A program made the position numbers and the translations under genes. From NCBI GenBank assembly GCA_018699755.1, contig JABIRQ010000113.1, positions 1 through 37,039 on the forward strand: a stretch of DNA of 37,039 bases. Reading direction: 5' to 3'. This DNA comes from Rhodospirillaceae bacterium. Its GTDB lineage: Bacteria; Pseudomonadota; Alphaproteobacteria; CADEGL01. A model generated the notes under the pieces. It saw nothing but the letters and a program-made list of their open reading frames with translations, made no database searches and was not told the origin of the DNA. How positions within the stretch are numbered: position 1 is the stretch's first letter; every line of letters starts with the position of its first letter. This document shows, one piece after another, positions 34,087 to 37,039 of this stretch.

Positions 34087-35358
34087 TCAGCTCACCTCGG
34101 AAAAGGGCAGGAAGTCTACCATGTCCCCAGGAGCGACGGCCGTCACCGCCTCGCCCAGCTCGACCAGGCCGTCGGAGCCGACCAGGGAGCTGAGAATGCC
34201 GGCGCCGTCGCGCGGGAACTTGGCGGCCAGGGGCGCGCCGTCCGGCCCGTTGCGCAGGCTCGCGCGCACCCATTCCCGCCGTCCCGCCTTCTTGCGGTGG
34301 GTGAAATCGGCGCGCACGGGATAGAGGCGCGGCTCGGTCTCGGTGCAGCCGGCGAGGCCGAGCAGCAACGGGCGGGCGAAGCGCAGATAGGTCACCATCA
34401 CGGCGACCGGATTGCCGGGCAGGCCGATGAAGGCGGCGCGCCCGATGCGGCCCAGGCCGACAGGCCGTCCCGGCTTCACCGCCAGGCGCCAGAAGTCGAG
34501 CCGCCCCAGGGCCTCGACGGCGGCGTGCACATGGTCCTCCTCGCCCGTCGACATGCCGCCCGAAGTGATGACGGCGTCGTGCCCCTCGGCAGCCTCGGCC
34601 AAGGCGTCGCGGATCGTCGCGGCCCGGTCGGGCAGGATGCCGAGATCGGTGACCGCCATGCCGGCCTGGGCGAGCAGGGCGGCGACGGTGGCCCGGTTGG
34701 CGTCGTAGACCGCGCCGAGGGGCGCGGCCTGGCCGGGATCGCGCAACTCGTCCCCAGTGGAGAACAGCGCGACACGCAAAGGTTTGCGCAAGGGCAGGGC
34801 GGTCAGGCCGAGCGAGGCGGCGAGGCCGATATCCTGGGGCCGCAGCCGCCGTCCGGCGGCAAGCGCCCGGTCACCCGCGGCGATGTCCTCGCCCGCCTTG
34901 CGCCGGTTCGCGCCGCGCGCGATGCCGGGCGGCACGACGACCCGGCCGTTCTCCTCGCGGCAATCCTCCTGCATCAGCACGGTGTCCGGCGCCTCGCCCT
35001 CGCCTGCGCCTTGGGGCATAGGGGCGCCGGTGAAGATGCGCAGCGCCGTGCCCTGGCGCAGGGGTTGTTCAAAGGAATGGCCGGCGGCGGCGCGACCGGC
35101 GATGGGCAGGACCGTCTCGCCGTCCGACGCAAGATTGTCGAAATAGAGCGCGTAGCCGTCGACGGCCGAATTGTCGTGGGGCGGCACGCTGCGCCCGGCG
35201 ATCACATCCTCGGCCAGGATGCGCCCCAGGCAGGCGGCCAGGGGCACGGATTCCGTTTCGGTCACGGGCACGGCGACCGCCCGCAGGCGGGCCAAGGCCT
35301 CCTCCGCCGACATCAGGTCGCCGCCGAAGGCGAAGCAGTCGTCGGTCAACTGGGCCAC
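34087..35358 (-). CDS. moeA: Molybdopterin molybdotransferase MoeA
   Basis: SVPPHDNSAVDGYAL...TGAPMP...GDELR...ITSGGMSTGEEDH...GLPGNPVA. The GTG start at 35358 (VAQLTDDCFAFGG...) lies 13 nt after the mobB stop and is preferred over 35427. Confidence 0.9.
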   Translation of the reverse strand: MAQLTDDCFAFGGDLMSAEEALARLRAVAVPVTETESVPLAACLGRILAEDVIAGRSVPPHDNSAVDGYALYFDNLASDGETVLPIAGRAAAGHSFEQPLRQGTALRIFTGAPMPQGAGEGEAPDTVLMQEDCREENGRVVVPPGIARGANRRKAGEDIAAGDRALAAGRRLRPQDIGLAASLGLTALPLRKPLRVALFSTGDELRDPGQAAPLGAVYDANRATVAALLAQAGMAVTDLGILPDRAATIRDALAEAAEGHDAVITSGGMSTGEEDHVHAAVEALGRLDFWRLAVKPGRPVGLGRIGRAAFIGLPGNPVAVMVTYLRFARPLLLGLAGCTETEPRLYPVRADFTHRKKAGRREWVRASLRNGPDGAPLAAKFPRDGAGILSSLVGSDGLVELGEAVTAVAPGDMVDFLPFSEVS

Positions 35359-35371
35359 GCGCCGCCCCGCC

Positions 35372-35875
35372 TCAGGCCGCCGCCAGGCGGCAATGGCCCA
35401 GGACGAAATCCGCGATCGCCGAGGCATCGTCCAGGGGCAGGACCGGCAGGTTGGCGTTCGGAACCGGCGCGTCGCCGGCGATGGCGACGATATGCGGGTC
35501 CTCGGGATGCAGGAAAGGCTTGGCGTTGGCCTCGCGCCAGACTTCGAGCTTGGGGATCGGCGCGCGCTTGAAGCCCTCGACCAGCAACAGGTCGGCGGGG
35601 CTCATGCGCGCGATCAACTCGTCGAGAGATAGTTCGTTCGCGCCGGTCAGCTCGTGGATCAGCGCCCAGCGCCGGGCCGAGGAGACCATGACCTCTCGCG
35701 CGCCCGCCATGCGGTGGGCGTGGCTGTCCTTGCCGGGCTTGTCAGGGTCGAATTCGTGATGGGCGTGCTTGACGGTCGAGACCGTCAGGCCGCGCGCCGC
35801 GATCTCGGGGATCAGCCGCGCAATCAGGGCCGTCTTGCCACTGCCGCTCCAGCCCGCGAGTCCGAAGACCTTCAT
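35372..35875 (-). CDS. mobB: Molybdopterin-guanine dinucleotide biosynthesis adaptor protein MobB
   Basis: MKVFGLAGWSGSGKTALIARLI...TVKHAHHEFDPDKPGKDS... contains a Walker A motif. The 337-aa ORF in the track is a 5' extension. Confidence 0.9.
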   Translation of the reverse strand: MKVFGLAGWSGSGKTALIARLIPEIAARGLTVSTVKHAHHEFDPDKPGKDSHAHRMAGAREVMVSSARRWALIHELTGANELSLDELIARMSPADLLLVEGFKRAPIPKLEVWREANAKPFLHPEDPHIVAIAGDAPVPNANLPVLPLDDASAIADFVLGHCRLAAA

Positions 35876-35937
35876 GCCGGTCCGCGCGTCGTTTTCCTGC
35901 CCGCCACGGTGCTTGCCTCCGTTCCTGCTCCGGGCCG

Positions 35938-36555
35938 TCAGCTCGGGCGCGCCGCAGGTCTGCCGCCCGTCTCCTCCTCGCCCTCTTCGCCGTCCCCCGT
36001 GCCCGTGCCGCGCATATGGCCCACCGCGCCGCGCAGATAGGCATAGCCGGTGATCAGGGTCAGCGCGGCGGCGGCGGTCAGGCCGATCTCGCCGAGCAAC
36101 CGGGCCTGCGCCCAGGGTGCGGCGTCGCCGACGATGAGGAAGCCCATGGCCAGCATCTGGATCGCGGTTTTCCACTTGGCAAGCGTGCTGACCGGCACCT
36201 CGACGGAGAACTGGGCAAGGTATTCCCGTAGGCCCGAGATCAGGATTTCGCGGCACAGGATGACCAGGGCCATCACGATCGCGAAGCCGCCGATCCGGTC
36301 GAAGGCGGCCAGCAGGAAGACGAGGGCGCCGATCAGCAGCTTGTCGGCAATCGGGTCGAGGAATTGGCCGAGCTTGGACTGCCATTGGCGCGTCCGGGCC
36401 AGGTGGCCGTCGAAATAGTCGGTCGCGGCCGCCAGGGCGAAGACGACGAGGGCAGCCCAGCGCGCGCCGTCTCCCTCGACGAAGAACAGGGCGGTGAGAA
36501 CCGGGATCGCGGCGATGCGAGAGGCGGTCAGGATATTGGGCAGATTGGCCGTCAT
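35938..36555 (-). CDS. pgsA: CDP-diacylglycerol--glycerol-3-phosphate 3-phosphatidyltransferase
   Basis: The CDP-alcohol phosphatidyltransferase motif is DYFDGHLAR...G..LDPIADK. It is a multi-TM protein and lies between uvrC and the moa genes. Confidence 0.92.
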   Translation of the reverse strand: MTANLPNILTASRIAAIPVLTALFFVEGDGARWAALVVFALAAATDYFDGHLARTRQWQSKLGQFLDPIADKLLIGALVFLLAAFDRIGGFAIVMALVILCREILISGLREYLAQFSVEVPVSTLAKWKTAIQMLAMGFLIVGDAAPWAQARLLGEIGLTAAAALTLITGYAYLRGAVGHMRGTGTGDGEEGEEETGGRPAARPS

Positions 36556-36660
36556 GACGCTCCGTTGCGTGGTCCCGCCGGACGAAACGGTCGCGGGGGC
36601 AGCCGACTCATGCCCGACTCACGCCAGAACCATGGCCAAAACCATACATGATCCGCGAGT

Positions 36661-37039
36661 TTAGCCGTCCTCGTGGAAATGGTCATAGATTTTTCGGGCC
36701 ACGGCGGCGCTGATCCCCCCGACGGCCTCGAGATCGGCCAATCCGGCCTGCCGGACCCCCCGGGCCGAGCCGAAATGGTGCAGCAGCGCCCGTTTGCGGC
36801 GAGGGCCGATGCCGGGCACCTCGTCGAGCGGCGAGGTGCCGATCGCCTTCGAGCGGCGCGCCCGGTGGGTGCCGATGGCGAAGCGGTGGGCCTCGTCGCG
36901 CAGGCGCTGGAGGAAATAGAGCACGGGATCGCGCGGCTCCAGCCCGCGCGGCGACTTGCCCGGCCGAAAGAACCGCTCGCGCCCGGCATTGCGATCCGGG
37001 CCCTTGGCGATGGCCAGGAGTTCGACATCCTCGATCCCC
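36661..37039 (-). CDS. uvrC: Excinuclease ABC subunit C, C-terminal part (5' part runs off the window)
   Basis: ...[25 protein letters not shown]...[21 protein letters not shown]...I, containing the (HhH)2 domain. Confidence 0.92.
   Translation of the reverse strand, partial: GIEDVELLAIAKGPDRNAGRERFFRPGKSPRGLEPRDPVLYFLQRLRDEAHRFAIGTHRARRSKAIGTSPLDEVPGIGPRRKRALLHHFGSARGVRQAGLADLEAVGGISAAVARKIYDHFHEDG

Overview
This is a high-GC chromosomal segment, about 65-73% GC by hand counts of sampled lines. Gene content and order look alphaproteobacterial, possibly Rhodospirillales-like, but that is inference only. Most of the window is ordinary housekeeping DNA. It includes recQ (5' part), an M20 peptidase and a creatininase-family protein. 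It has the ychF-pth-rplY(ctc)-prs block, a DEAD-box helicase with a cold-shock protein, and an XDH-family molybdoenzyme. It also has pgeF, an M24 peptidase, an NDUFAF7-like methyltransferase, lgt, hldD, ubiK, a ybjN-like gene, proC and a ybaK-like gene. The rest comprises rpoH, TetR plus phasin, csaA, a marR-ompR-envZ-like cluster, ilvE, a racemase, moaE-moaD-moeA-mobB, pgsA and the uvrC 3' part. The outlier is a ~2.9 kb low-GC insertion (about 912-3790, with lines as low as 25-32% GC) wedged between divergently transcribed recQ and the M20 peptidase gene. It carries two translationally coupled ORFs. One is a 417-aa protein with no motif I can assign. The other is a 382-aa protein whose N-terminus shows an Hjc/Mrr-like PD-(D/E)xK nuclease signature, followed by a ~260-aa helical domain of unknown type. 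No integrase, transposase, methylase, NTPase or tRNA accompanies it. I regard it as the best candidate for an undescribed nuclease-based (defence-like) module. Other points of interest: an 84-bp x ~4.6 tandem amplification of one arm of a dispersed REP-like palindromic element; a 203-bp nested palindromic MITE-like element; a 17-nt perfect complement to the 16S rRNA 3' tail in front of a 24-codon sORF with its own terminator; an unlisted 54-aa basic sORF; and an XDH-family large subunit with no partner subunits nearby. Many long ORFs in the supplied track are antisense or 5'-extended artefacts of the high GC content.
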